Assembly: GCA_965204735.1 (NCBI GenBank)
Contig: OZ242008.1
Location: 2,432,001 to 2,496,000 of the forward strand
Length of the DNA: 64,000 bases
Direction of reading: 5' to 3'
Source: Longimicrobiales bacterium
GTDB lineage: Bacteria; Gemmatimonadota; Gemmatimonadetes; Longimicrobiales; Gaopeijiaceae
Position numbers and translations under genes: made by a program. This document shows positions 48,199 through 58,097 of this stretch, in pieces; the first letter of the stretch is position 1; each line of letters starts with the position of its first letter. The notes under the pieces are model-generated. The model worked only from the letters and a program-made list of their open reading frames with translations. It searched no databases and had not been told where the DNA came from.

Positions 48199-48283
48199 GA
48201 TCGCTCCCCGCACGCGGAGGCGGCCGGGAGGGGTGCTGTCTGGAACGGTCAGGGCCGGATCGCTCCCCGCGTGCGGAGGCGGC
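48199..48283. repeat. 26-bp partly palindromic direct repeat pair downstream of tRNA-Gln
   Basis: gatcgctccccgc(ac/gt)gcggaggcggc at 48199 and 48258 (period 59). Confidence 0.75.
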
Positions 48284-48289
48284 GGCCAG

Positions 48290-48360
48290 TTGGCCCGGGT
48301 GGAGTCGAACCACCATCACCGGTTCCAAAGACCGGTGTCTTGCCGTTAGACGACGGGCCA
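48290..48360 (-). tRNA. tRNA-Gln (TTG); CCA not encoded
   Basis: Reverse complement TGGCCCGTCGTCTAACGGCAAGACACCGGTCTTTGGAACCGGTGATGGTGGTTCGACTCCACCCGGGCCAA folds as a cloverleaf with anticodon TTG. Confidence 0.96.
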
Positions 48361-48539
48361 AGGCCGGGACGTGCGAGCGAGCGCCCCGGGACGGGAGGCG
48401 CTTGGCGGGCTGGACACGGCTTCGTGACCTGGCCAAGCACGACCCACGCTTCGATAGTAGCGCAGATGGCCGCCCCTTCACAGCCCGGCCGCCGCCGGGT
48501 TGCCCGCTCCGCTCCTTCCTCGACGTCGCTCGCGCCCGC

Positions 48540-49469
48540 CTATTCCTTCGTCGCGGGCGAAGGCATGACGTCCAGGGTGGGGACCACGAGCGCGGCGGCC
48601 ACGCCGTCGATGGCGGCGACCCGCTCCACTGCCCGCTGGGCCGCCTCGTCCGTCTTGAAGACGCCGAAGAGGGCCGATCCGCTGCCCGTCAGCCCGGCCG
48701 CGACCGCCCCCGAGTCGGTCAGCGCAGACTTGACGGCGGCCAGCGCCGGCAAGCGCCGAAAAGCCGTCGGCTCGAAGTCGTTGCCCAGGCGAGCGGCCAA
48801 CGCGGCGAGCGGCCTCCAGTCGCCCGAGTCCAACCCGCGAAGACGCGCCGGGCCCGGGGGCAGCTTCAGTCGGTCCGACGCTTCTCGGTAGGCCGTCGCC
48901 GTTGCGACCCGACCTTGGGGCACCACCAGAGCCAGCGGCGCCGGGGGCGGGGGCGGACACGGCAGCACCCGGTCCCCCCTTCCCCAGGCAAGCGCGGAGG
49001 CCGCGCCCGTGCAGAAGAACGCCACGTCGGCGCCGATGCGGCCGCCCAGCGCCACCAGGGCGTCGGTCTTCAGCGGCCTGTCGTGGAGCGCGTTGAGGGC
49101 CGCGAGGGTTCCTGCCGCGTCCGACGAGGCGCCGCCCAGCCCGGTTCCGGCGGGGACGGCCTTGGCGAGCTCGACAGAGACCGACGGCGTCGTTCCCGTC
49201 GCCGCGAAGAAGGCTCGCGCGGCCCTGACCACCGTGTTGTCCCGCGTCGGCCCCACCTCGCCGGCGACGTCGCCCAGCCCCGGCGCGGCCCACTCGGCGG
49301 TGACGGCGCGGAAGGCGATTCCGGGGCCGGCGGTGCGCACGGTCACCCTGTCCCGCAGCCCTATTGCCTGGAAGAACGTCTCGATCTGGTGAAGACCCGC
49401 GTCCTCGCGGGCCAGGATGCGCAGGAAGAGGTTCACCTTGGCGGGACACCACGCCGAGACCTGGGTCAC
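48540..49469 (-). CDS. ispE: 4-diphosphocytidyl-2-C-methyl-D-erythritol kinase
   Basis: PAKVNLFL, PAGTGLGGASSDAA, IGADVAFF, NDFE, LTGSGS. Confidence 0.95.
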   Translation of the reverse strand: MTQVSAWCPAKVNLFLRILAREDAGLHQIETFFQAIGLRDRVTVRTAGPGIAFRAVTAEWAAPGLGDVAGEVGPTRDNTVVRAARAFFAATGTTPSVSVELAKAVPAGTGLGGASSDAAGTLAALNALHDRPLKTDALVALGGRIGADVAFFCTGAASALAWGRGDRVLPCPPPPPAPLALVVPQGRVATATAYREASDRLKLPPGPARLRGLDSGDWRPLAALAARLGNDFEPTAFRRLPALAAVKSALTDSGAVAAGLTGSGSALFGVFKTDEAAQRAVERVAAIDGVAAALVVPTLDVMPSPATKE

Positions 49470-50470
49470 GACGCGTCGCCTCTGCGGATGTCGCGGAACG
49501 AAAGGTCCAGGCGGCGAAGGTACCAGAGACCCATGAGCGTCACCGGAACGAAGCTGCCCAGGTGCCACGCGGTGGCGAAGGCGACGGCCGCCGCTTCCGG
49601 CGCCCCGTAGACGTTCACCAAGACCAGCCTGGCGGCCCAGTGAAAGGTCCCGACGTAGCCCGGAGCGGCGGGCACGGAGACGGCGAAGGCGAGGACGCTG
49701 TTGAGGAAGACCGCCGCGGCGAAGGAGAGGTCGATCCCGAAAGCGACGAAGCCCAGCCACAGCGAGAGGGACTGGAGAAGCCAGAGGCCGAACGTCCACG
49801 CCACTGCCGGAAGCGCCAGCCTCCAGCTGCGAAGCGTCGCCAGCCCCTCGAGGAAGCCGGCGAGGGCGCGGGTCGCGGTCGCGGCCCATCGGGAGGGCAG
49901 CAGCCGTTGCGCCAAGCGGCCGAAGGCGCCGACGCTCTTTTCCGGAAGCGCCAGCAGGACGAGCGCGAAGAGGAGCACGGCCCCAAGGACGCTCGACATG
50001 CCCCAGACGCCGGCCACCACCTCGGCGGGAAGCGAGGCGGCCGGAAACTCCGGGGTCGTCGCGACCACGAAGAGAAGCACGAGGAGCACCACTCCGTCGG
50101 CAAAGCGCTCCACGACCAGCGTCGCGAACGCCGTGGGGGCGGAAACGGGCTCCAGGCGGCTGTAGGCGTATGCGCGGGCGAACTCGCCCACGCGTCCCGA
50201 GGGCAGGAGGTTGTTCGCCATGAAGCCGATGCATGCGGCGGCGAAGCGGGAGGCGAAGGGGCTTCGGCGCTGCACGGGCGCCAGAAAGAACCGCCAGCGG
50301 GCGGCGCGCACCGCGAACCCGAAGGTGGTGACCGCGACCGCCGCCCCGAGGACCCGGAGGTCGGCCTCGCGAACCTGACGCCGGAGCTCCGCGAACTCCA
50401 GGTCGCGAAACACCCACCAAAGCAGAAAGGCCGCGAGCGCCAGCCCGGCGGCCGCCTTCCACCCCTTCAC
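49466..50470 (-). CDS. Lysylphosphatidylglycerol-synthase TM-domain (flippase-like) membrane protein
   Basis: Multi-TM; RAARW, NNLLPSGRVGEFAR, ERFAD, PAAPGYVGTF. Confidence 0.82.
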   Translation of the reverse strand: MKGWKAAAGLALAAFLLWWVFRDLEFAELRRQVREADLRVLGAAVAVTTFGFAVRAARWRFFLAPVQRRSPFASRFAAACIGFMANNLLPSGRVGEFARAYAYSRLEPVSAPTAFATLVVERFADGVVLLVLLFVVATTPEFPAASLPAEVVAGVWGMSSVLGAVLLFALVLLALPEKSVGAFGRLAQRLLPSRWAATATRALAGFLEGLATLRSWRLALPAVAWTFGLWLLQSLSLWLGFVAFGIDLSFAAAVFLNSVLAFAVSVPAAPGYVGTFHWAARLVLVNVYGAPEAAAVAFATAWHLGSFVPVTLMGLWYLRRLDLSFRDIRRGDAS

Positions 50471-50480
50471 CGGCTTGGCG

Positions 50481-51251
50481 CTAGAACCCGACCGGCGGCG
50501 TCCAGCGGCCCGGTCGTCCCACGCGCTTCGGCGCCCGCAGAACGATCTCCTTCATCTCCCGGACCGCCCGCTCCAGGCCAACGAAGATCGCCCGCGACAC
50601 CACGCTGTGGCCGATGTTGAGCTCCTCCACGTGCGGAAGGGCTGCCACCGGCTCCACGTTCTCGTAGGTCAGGCCGTGGCCTGCGTGCACCGCCAGCCCG
50701 ACGGCGTGGGCGTGGACCGCGGCGTCCGCAAGTCGAGCAAGTTCGGCCGCCTTCTCGGTGTTCCCGGACGCGTTCGCGTACTCCCCCGTGTGAAGCTCGA
50801 CCGCGTGAGCGCCAAGGTGCGCCGACTGGTCCAGAGCCCCCCTGTCGGGATCGACGAACAACGACGTCCGAACACCTTCGGCCTCGAGCCGCCGCAAGGC
50901 GCTTCCCACCGAGTCCCGCACCTGGGGAGAGCCCAGGTCGAGGCCGCCTTCCGTCGTGACCTCTTCGCGCTTCTCGGGCACCAGCGTCGCCTGCATGGGG
51001 GCCACCTCCAGCGCCATGTCGACCATGGGGGACGACGCGGCCAGCTCGAAGTTGATCCCGGTGCGCACCGTCTCCGCCAGCAGCCGCGCGTCTCGGTCCT
51101 GGATGTGGCGCCGGTCCTCTCGCAGGTGGATGGTGATTCCGTCCGCGCCGCCCAGCTCGGCAACGACCGCCGCGCGCACCGGATCCGGCTCGTCGGTGCG
51201 GCGCGCCTGCCGAACCGTGGCCACGTGGTCGATGTTGATGTAGAGCCTCAT
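50481..51251 (-). CDS. pdxJ: Pyridoxine 5'-phosphate synthase
   Basis: [52 protein letters not shown]. Confidence 0.97.
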   Translation of the reverse strand: MRLYINIDHVATVRQARRTDEPDPVRAAVVAELGGADGITIHLREDRRHIQDRDARLLAETVRTGINFELAASSPMVDMALEVAPMQATLVPEKREEVTTEGGLDLGSPQVRDSVGSALRRLEAEGVRTSLFVDPDRGALDQSAHLGAHAVELHTGEYANASGNTEKAAELARLADAAVHAHAVGLAVHAGHGLTYENVEPVAALPHVEELNIGHSVVSRAIFVGLERAVREMKEIVLRAPKRVGRPGRWTPPVGF

Positions 51252-51270
51252 CTCCGAACCGTCCTCTCGC

Positions 51271-53040
51271 TCAGGCGTTCAATCCGCCATGTCCAAAGAG
51301 TCCCACCGAAACCCCGTCGATCCGTCCATCGCCACTGGTCCCTCTGCCCGGCCGCCTCGCCCCACCAGCCTTGCTTCTCCACTCGAACGCTCTTCCCACC
51401 CTCTGCACTGCATCGTCGTTCCTGTGCCACACCTTGCCCTTCTGTGCATCGGCGATCATCGCGCGAATCTCTTCGACAACCCTGGCACGACCCTCGTCGC
51501 CCACCCACCAAGGATACGGCATCCGCTCGAAGTCCTTGCTCTGTATATTCCTGGTGTGATTGACCACGGTCTTCAGTATCCTGTTCGCAGTGTCCGACAG
51601 AAGCCAGCCAAGAACAAAGTACAGTTCCTCGCGGTCCTCGCCCTGGCGCAAGAACGCGCACGGGGCTCCGCTGTCCAGAATGTATCCCGCCGGCAGGTAT
51701 CGCGGAACAAACTGCGCCGCCACAAGCTGCCAAGAGATCCCCTCCATACCAAAGTATCGCCGTCCTCCCACGCCACGCAGGTACCAATTCCCCGTCCGCT
51801 TGTGTGTCAACACGGCATCTCCTTCATCCTCCCAATAGATGTAGTGCGTGGGATCCGAGTACACTATGCGGCCGTTGGCCTTGTTGTAGGGTGCGTATCG
51901 CGAGTCCGGCAGCTGGATCACGGCAGGCTCGTCACGGCTCACGATACGAACTCGCCGTTCGGTCTCGCCCGCCCTTTCCGCTTCTGCAAGCATCTCCACT
52001 CGCCTAGTTGACAATCGCCCCAGTCGCGCGCGGTCCATCTCGTACTCGACCGTAACAGGCACTTGATGAAACTCAAATTCGAATGGTTCCTCGAGCCGAT
52101 TTCCGTCGACAACTTTACGGACAAACAACGCATTATTGCCAGTCGTCATGCCACTCGTCGCCACGAATCGATCTCCCAGCAACGGACCGTCGAAGAAGCG
52201 TGCAGCCTCTGCGTCCACACCCCAAGACAGGTTCGGGGTTGACATCACCGACCGGACCTCAATGACCTCGGTGTTTCGCACGAGGCGTTCTCTGGTTCCT
52301 CCCTTCACGAAGTCCAGCAACAGCATCGGGTAGCTCGTCTCGTCGGAAAAGACGTCGATGCCCGTGAGGGTCACGTCGCCGCGACTCATCAAGAACTTCC
52401 GAAGTCCCGCCATCGTCGGAATTGTGAGCAGCGTGTCACTGCAAATAAACGTCAGCCGGCCTTGCGATCTCAGCAGGTCTACGCACGCTACAATAAAGAA
52501 TGCGTAGGTCTCCTTCTTTATCTTCATGCCAAGACGCCTGCCCAGGCGCTTGTCCAGCACATCCTCGATTTCTCTATCGAACGTACCGCCGAACGGAGGG
52601 TTACCGACGACAAGATCAAAGCTCCCGTGGTCGAACCTCACTGCGCCGTCGGGTCCGTCGCAACTTGCCCCTGTTAGGTATGCCCGAAAGAAGTCCACGT
52701 TGCAAACTCGCGCAACGACTCCGCCTGGGACGCCGCAGTCCGCGATCGTCGCTCGAGCTCGCTGGGCCAAGCAGTCGTCCACCTCAACGCCGATCAACTC
52801 CCACTCTCCATCATCAGCGCGTGCTCGTCGCTGCTTGCCGGCTTGATCGACGACGGCGGAAAGAAACGCGCCGTCTCCACATGACGGCTCCAGAATGCGC
52901 TGGTAGTCTTCAAGTGGCAACGCGGCGACAATCCGACTCGCAAGAGATCGCGGCGTCATGTATTGGCCTCGCTGCTTCTTCTGCTCCCTCTCGTGCTTTC
53001 TTTGTCTGATCTGCGACTGGAGGGCGGCGGCGATGGCCAT
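51271..53040 (-). CDS. Stand-alone N6-adenine DNA methyltransferase (gamma/Eco57I-like, PglX-like target recognition region)
   Basis: GQYMTP, motif [12 protein letters not shown], motif IV VGNPPF; C-terminal [29 protein letters not shown]...[10 protein letters not shown]; visibly lower GC than the flanks. Confidence 0.88.
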   Translation of the reverse strand: MAIAAALQSQIRQRKHEREQKKQRGQYMTPRSLASRIVAALPLEDYQRILEPSCGDGAFLSAVVDQAGKQRRARADDGEWELIGVEVDDCLAQRARATIADCGVPGGVVARVCNVDFFRAYLTGASCDGPDGAVRFDHGSFDLVVGNPPFGGTFDREIEDVLDKRLGRRLGMKIKKETYAFFIVACVDLLRSQGRLTFICSDTLLTIPTMAGLRKFLMSRGDVTLTGIDVFSDETSYPMLLLDFVKGGTRERLVRNTEVIEVRSVMSTPNLSWGVDAEAARFFDGPLLGDRFVATSGMTTGNNALFVRKVVDGNRLEEPFEFEFHQVPVTVEYEMDRARLGRLSTRRVEMLAEAERAGETERRVRIVSRDEPAVIQLPDSRYAPYNKANGRIVYSDPTHYIYWEDEGDAVLTHKRTGNWYLRGVGGRRYFGMEGISWQLVAAQFVPRYLPAGYILDSGAPCAFLRQGEDREELYFVLGWLLSDTANRILKTVVNHTRNIQSKDFERMPYPWWVGDEGRARVVEEIRAMIADAQKGKVWHRNDDAVQRVGRAFEWRSKAGGARRPGRGTSGDGRIDGVSVGLFGHGGLNA

Positions 53041-53078
53041 CGGTGCTTCTCCACAAGGCGGGACTGGTTGACTGTAAG

Positions 53079-54467
53079 CTAACCGGGGTCCAGCGCATTG
53101 CCTACCGCCGCGACGCGGACGCCACGGGTCGTGCTCAGGCGCCCGGCAAGGGAGGCGGGCACGCGGGCGACCACTTCGACCGTTCCGTCGACCTGGGTGC
53201 GCGACAGCACTTCGCCCTCACGGTAGAGCGCGGCCAGGGTCTTGCCGTCGGCGACGGGGAGATGGACGCGGACGCGGCGCAGTCGCCCCCGGACCCGGTC
53301 GGCCAGCAGGTCTCGGAGGGGCGTCAAGGTGGAGGGGACGCGAGCGGAGACGAACACGGCCGACGCCTCGCCGGCGCCCGAGGTCGCTTGTCGCTTCAGC
53401 GCCAGCAGCCGGTCGCCGGTCAGCAGGTCGGTCTTGTTGAAGGCTCGGATCCGGGGGCGGTCCAGCAGGTCGAGCTCCTTCAGGACCGATTCGACTACCC
53501 GCTGCTGCTTTGGCCAAGTCGGCTGGGAGGCGTCGATCACATGGAGAAGCACGTCGGCCTCCCGAGCCTCCTCCAAAGTCGAACGGAACGAAGCCACCAA
53601 GTGGTGCGGCAGCTTGCGGATGAAGCCGACCGTGTCGGTGACGAGCGCCTCGTGGCCGGCCCCCAGCCGCACCAAGCGCGTGGACGAGTCCAACGTGGCG
53701 AAGAGCCGGTCCTCCACGAACTGATCCACGCCGGAGAGCGCTTGCAGGAGCGACGACTTGCCGGCGTTGGTGTAGCCGACCAAAGCCGCCCGGAAGCGTC
53801 CTTCCCTGCCCTTGCGCTGCGTGGCCCTGGCCTTGGCAACGACGCGAAGCTTGCGACGAAGCTCGGCGATGCGGGCGCCCACCAGGCGGCGGTCGGTCTC
53901 CAGCTGGGTTTCGCCGGGTCCCCGAAGGCCGATCCCGCCTCGGATGCGGGAGAGGTGGCTCCACATCCGCATGAGGCGGGGGAGCAGGTACTGAAGCTGG
54001 GCCAGCTCGACCTGCATTCGCGCTTCGTAGGTCCGGGCGCGGTTGGCGAAGATGGCCAGGATGAGCTCGGTCCGATCCACGACCCGCACCTTCAGGAGGT
54101 CCTCCAGGTTCTTGCCTTGGGCCGGCGTGAGCTCGTCGTCGAAGACCACGAGGTCGGCGTCCAGCGCGCGGACCTGCTCGGCCAGCTCCTGGACCTTCCC
54201 CTTGCCCAGGTAGTAGCGAGGCTGGGGGGACCGGATGCGCTGCACCATCGTGCCGGCCACGACCCCTCCCGCCGTGTCGGTCAGGCGTCCCAGCTCGGCC
54301 AAGTGCTCGGCGGCCTCGCCGGCAGGCGCCGACTGGTCGGGCGTTCCCACCAGGACGGCCCGCTCGACGGGGACGCGCTCGTTCAGGAGCTCCGTGGGGA
54401 TCGGCCGCCTCCTTGTCGCCTCGCCTCGCGCCACTTCGCCAGGCGTTCCTTCGCCCGAGCCTCCCAT
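53079..54467 (-). CDS. hflX: GTPase HflX
   Basis: GKGK, DRTELILAIF, GPGETQLETDRR, GYTNAGKS, LFATLD, DTVGF, NKTD; start uncertain. Confidence 0.96.
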   Translation of the reverse strand: MGGSGEGTPGEVARGEATRRRPIPTELLNERVPVERAVLVGTPDQSAPAGEAAEHLAELGRLTDTAGGVVAGTMVQRIRSPQPRYYLGKGKVQELAEQVRALDADLVVFDDELTPAQGKNLEDLLKVRVVDRTELILAIFANRARTYEARMQVELAQLQYLLPRLMRMWSHLSRIRGGIGLRGPGETQLETDRRLVGARIAELRRKLRVVAKARATQRKGREGRFRAALVGYTNAGKSSLLQALSGVDQFVEDRLFATLDSSTRLVRLGAGHEALVTDTVGFIRKLPHHLVASFRSTLEEAREADVLLHVIDASQPTWPKQQRVVESVLKELDLLDRPRIRAFNKTDLLTGDRLLALKRQATSGAGEASAVFVSARVPSTLTPLRDLLADRVRGRLRRVRVHLPVADGKTLAALYREGEVLSRTQVDGTVEVVARVPASLAGRLSTTRGVRVAAVGNALDPG

Positions 54468-55927
54468 CCCGCGTCTCCCGGACGGTAGAAGACCGCGTCC
54501 CCGACGGCGCTGGGCAGGTATCGTTGCGCCGACACGCCCCCGTGCTGGTCCGGGTCGTACAGGTACCCCTCGCCGTGACCCAGTTCCTTCATGAGCGGAG
54601 TGGGAGCGTTGCGCAGGTGAACGGGAACGGGAGCGGCGGGCGTCTCCCGGGCCTTGGCCAGGGCTTCGCCCCAGCCTCGGTAGAGACGGTTGGACTTGGG
54701 ACTCGACGCCAGGTAGACCGCCGCCTGCGCCAGGGCCAAGTCCCCCTCGGGCGAGCCCAGGAAGCGGTAGGCGTCCCGACACGCCATCGCCACCGCCAGG
54801 GCGCCGGGGTTGGCCAGCCCCACGTCTTCCGCGGCCATGCGTACTAGTCGGCGAGCGACGTACATGGGGTCCTCGCCGGCGTCCAGCATCCGGCCCAGCC
54901 AGTAGAGAGCCGCGTCGGGGTCGCCTCCGCGGACGGACTTGTGAAGCGCCGAGATGTGGTCGTAGTGCTGGTCCCCGGCCTTGTCGTAGGCGGCGAAGCG
55001 ATGCTGAATCGCGGTCTCGACGTGGGAGAGCGACAGAGCGCGGCCGTCCGTCTCGCCGTCCTTGGCCGCCGTGGGTTCGCCGGGCGGCTCGCTCCCTGCG
55101 GAGGGAGCGTCGGCGGCCTGCGCCAGAAGCTGGACCGCCCGCTCCAGAACGCCCAGCGCCCTTCGGGCGTCGCCGTCGGCGGCCTCGGCGATGCGCTGGA
55201 CGACCTCGGGCGGCGCGTCCACCCCCGTCTTGCCCAGACCCCGCTCCCTGTCGGCGAGGGCCGCGTCGACCACGGCGACCAGATCGGCTTGGGAAAGGGC
55301 CTCCAGCACCACCACCGGCGCTCGGGAGAGGAGCGGACGGACGATCTCGAAGCTGGGGTTCTCGGTGGTGGCGCCGACGAGCACGATCTCGCCTGCCTCG
55401 ACGACCGGAAGGAAGGCGTCCTGCTGGGCCTTGTTGAAGCGGTGGATTTCGTCGCAGAAGAGGATCGTGCCGCGGCCCGTCGCCTGTCGTCGGGTCCGGG
55501 CCTCGGCGATGATTCGGCGAACCCGGGCGACGCCTTCCGTCACCGCGCTGAAGGGCACGAACGCCGCGTCCGCCGATTCTGCGACCAGGCGTGCCAGGGT
55601 CGTCTTGCCCGACCCAGGGGGTCCCCAGAGGATGAAGCTGGAAACGCGGCCCTGGTCGATCATCGCGCGGACCGGGCCGCCCTTCCCCACGACCTTGTCC
55701 TGGCCTCGGAACTCGGCGAGGACGCGAGGACGCATGCGGGCGGCGAGAGGGACGGCGGGATCGGCGGGAGCCGAGACGGGATTGGCGGGACCCGAGGCGC
55801 GGTCGGCGGGAGCCGAGGCGGGGTCGGCGGAGGAGCTTCGGTGGGCGGCGCGACCCGCCGTGGGGCTGGCGACGTCGCCTGCCGACCGGCGTTCTCCTGG
55901 CGGGAAGAGGTTGAGCGTGTCGTTCAC
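54383..55927 (-). CDS. rarA: Replication-associated recombination protein A (RarA/MgsA)
   Basis: PLAARMRP, GPPGSGKTT, DEIHRFNKAQQD, ATTENP, SALHKSVRG, EDVGLA, KSN, VPVHLRNAPT. Confidence 0.96.
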   Translation of the reverse strand: MNDTLNLFPPGERRSAGDVASPTAGRAAHRSSSADPASAPADRASGPANPVSAPADPAVPLAARMRPRVLAEFRGQDKVVGKGGPVRAMIDQGRVSSFILWGPPGSGKTTLARLVAESADAAFVPFSAVTEGVARVRRIIAEARTRRQATGRGTILFCDEIHRFNKAQQDAFLPVVEAGEIVLVGATTENPSFEIVRPLLSRAPVVVLEALSQADLVAVVDAALADRERGLGKTGVDAPPEVVQRIAEAADGDARRALGVLERAVQLLAQAADAPSAGSEPPGEPTAAKDGETDGRALSLSHVETAIQHRFAAYDKAGDQHYDHISALHKSVRGGDPDAALYWLGRMLDAGEDPMYVARRLVRMAAEDVGLANPGALAVAMACRDAYRFLGSPEGDLALAQAAVYLASSPKSNRLYRGWGEALAKARETPAAPVPVHLRNAPTPLMKELGHGEGYLYDPDQHGGVSAQRYLPSAVGDAVFYRPGDAGWEARAKERLAKWREARRQGGGRSPRSS

Positions 55928-57288
55928 TCGGACGGATCCCGGCGGGCGGTCCCGGCGTTGGCCGAGGAGGAACCGCGGGCGGAGGGGACTCTTGGAAGGC
56001 GATCCGCTTCCCGATGGGCTTCGGCCAACTTCAGCAGCGCGACCGGCTCGTTGCGGCGGGGGTCCTCCCAGACGGCCTCGAGAAGGCGTCGGAGCACGCT
56101 CCCGACCGCCGGTCCAGGCGACCAGCCCCGCGCGATCAGGTCGCGGCCGCCGACCTTCAGCCCCGCCACCGACGTGGGAACGCCGTCTCGCAAGTCCCGG
56201 CGGGCCGCGCGGATCACGCGCAGCAGCTCCGCTGTCGGGGCCGCGCCGCCCTGTCCTGCCCGGTGGGCGGCGATCCATACGCGGAAGACCTCTCCGAGTC
56301 GCTGGGGTCCGATCTGCGCGGCCCAGCGTCGTCGAGCCGCCGCGCCGGCCGACACGTCGGCGCTCGGTCCGCGGCCGCCGGCTGCGACGACGGCGATCTG
56401 TTCCCGGTGGGCGTTGGAGAAGCGGAGGCGCCGCAGGATCTCGGTCGCGGCGGCCCTAGCCGACCCGCCCGACCTTCCCGCCGCCTCGAGCCCCAACGTC
56501 AGCAGGGTTGCGACCCGCCGGTAGGCTGCCTGGCCGGTCGGTCGAGCCCGGGTGACGTCGACCGCCGCGTACGCGCCGGCGTCCATCGGCCCCAGCTCGG
56601 GCAGGACCGCCGACAGCACGCCGGAGCGCTGGTAGAGGCGCAGCGTCCGCGACGGCGTCGAATCGGCCATCACCTTGAGGAGCTCCTCGCGCACCCGCTC
56701 CTGCGAGAGTCGGCCCAGCCCGGAAACGGCGTTCACCAGCCCTTCCCACGTGCGCTGCTCCACCGTCAGCTCCATCGCCCCGGCAAAGCGCAGCCCCCGC
56801 AGGACGCGCAGGTAGTCTTCCCGAAACCGGTTCTCCGGCGTTCCGACGGCGCGCAGGACCCGGGCCCGCAAGTCGTCGAGTCCTCCGTGAGGGTCGCGCA
56901 GCTCGCGGCGGATCGGATGCCACGCCATGGCGTTCACCGTGAAGTCGCGCCGGGCCAAGTCCTCCTCCAGGGTGTCGGCGAACGCGACGACGGCTCGACG
57001 ACCGTCCGTGGCCACGTCCCGGCGGAACGTGGTGATCTCGTACATGACCTTGTTGCTGCCGAAGACGCCCAGGGTGCCGTGCTCCGGACCCAAGGGGACG
57101 GTGCGACCAAAGACGCGTCGCATCTCGGCCGGGGTCGCCCGGGTCGCCAAGTCCCAATCCTCCCGCGGGTCCCTCCCATGGAGCGAGTCGCGCACCGCTC
57201 CGCCGACGGTCCACGTTTCGTGGCCCGCCCGCTCCAGCCGCTCCGTCAGCTCGCGGACGGCCGCCGGAACCATCAGCCGGATCGTCAC
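55924..57288 (-). CDS. cca: CCA tRNA nucleotidyltransferase / poly(A) polymerase family
   Basis: VGGAVRD, DWDLAT, EITTFR, DLARRDFTVNAMA, REDYLRVLR, ERVREE. Confidence 0.88.
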   Translation of the reverse strand: MTIRLMVPAAVRELTERLERAGHETWTVGGAVRDSLHGRDPREDWDLATRATPAEMRRVFGRTVPLGPEHGTLGVFGSNKVMYEITTFRRDVATDGRRAVVAFADTLEEDLARRDFTVNAMAWHPIRRELRDPHGGLDDLRARVLRAVGTPENRFREDYLRVLRGLRFAGAMELTVEQRTWEGLVNAVSGLGRLSQERVREELLKVMADSTPSRTLRLYQRSGVLSAVLPELGPMDAGAYAAVDVTRARPTGQAAYRRVATLLTLGLEAAGRSGGSARAAATEILRRLRFSNAHREQIAVVAAGGRGPSADVSAGAAARRRWAAQIGPQRLGEVFRVWIAAHRAGQGGAAPTAELLRVIRAARRDLRDGVPTSVAGLKVGGRDLIARGWSPGPAVGSVLRRLLEAVWEDPRRNEPVALLKLAEAHREADRLPRVPSARGSSSANAGTARRDPSE

Positions 57289-58097
57289 CCCGCCAGGACG
57301 GCGCCCCCGTTCACGTTGAGGGTCTCGCCCGTGACGTGGCGCGCGAGAGCCGAACAGAGGAGCACGATGGGACCCGCCACGTCCTCGGCGGAAGCCACCC
57401 GCCCAAGCGGGATCGCAGCGTCGATCGCCGCCCGCCCGCTTCCGGAGAGCGGCGCTTCCGACATTTCGGTGTCCACCCACCCCGGGGCGACGGCGTTCAC
57501 GGTGATCTCCCGGCTCGCCACCTCGACGCACAGCCCCTTCACCAGGGAGATCAGGGCGCCCTTGGTCGCGGCGTAGTCGCCGTGGTACGCCTCGCCCCGC
57601 TGGCCGGCGGTGGAGCTCACCAGAACCGCCCGTCCGCCGTCGGTCATTCGGCGCAGGGCCTCGCGGGTGGTGTAGAAGATCGAGTCCAGGTTCACGGCGA
57701 CGGTGCGCCGCCAGCGGCCTTCCTCCATCTCCGACAAGGGAACGTCGGCGACCGGCCACGTCCCCGCGTTGCCCACGAAGATGTCCAGGCCTCCGAACTC
57801 GGCGTCCAGGCGGTCGAAGAGGCGCGTCGCGACCGCCGGGTCGGAGAGGTCCCCGCCTTCGGCCCAGCTTCGGACGCCCAGCGACCTCGCTTGGGCGACG
57901 ACGCTTCGGGCGTCCGCCTTCCTCCTGTGGTAGGAAAGCCCCACGTCGGCTCCGGCCCTGGCCAGCATCAGAACCGTCGCCGCGCCGACGCCGCGGGAGC
58001 CGCCGGTCACCAGCGCCCGCTTGCCGACGAGCCCCAGGTCCAACCCGTCGGTCGCCGGTCGCCGGTCCACGTCCCGATGCAGGGCTTCGTCAGGCAC
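57285..58097 (-). CDS. SDR family oxidoreductase (FabG-like)
   Basis: TGGSRGVG, NAG, SS, YAATK, NAVAPGWVDT, VNGG. Confidence 0.92.
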   Translation of the reverse strand: MPDEALHRDVDRRPATDGLDLGLVGKRALVTGGSRGVGAATVLMLARAGADVGLSYHRRKADARSVVAQARSLGVRSWAEGGDLSDPAVATRLFDRLDAEFGGLDIFVGNAGTWPVADVPLSEMEEGRWRRTVAVNLDSIFYTTREALRRMTDGGRAVLVSSTAGQRGEAYHGDYAATKGALISLVKGLCVEVASREITVNAVAPGWVDTEMSEAPLSGSGRAAIDAAIPLGRVASAEDVAGPIVLLCSALARHVTGETLNVNGGAVLAG

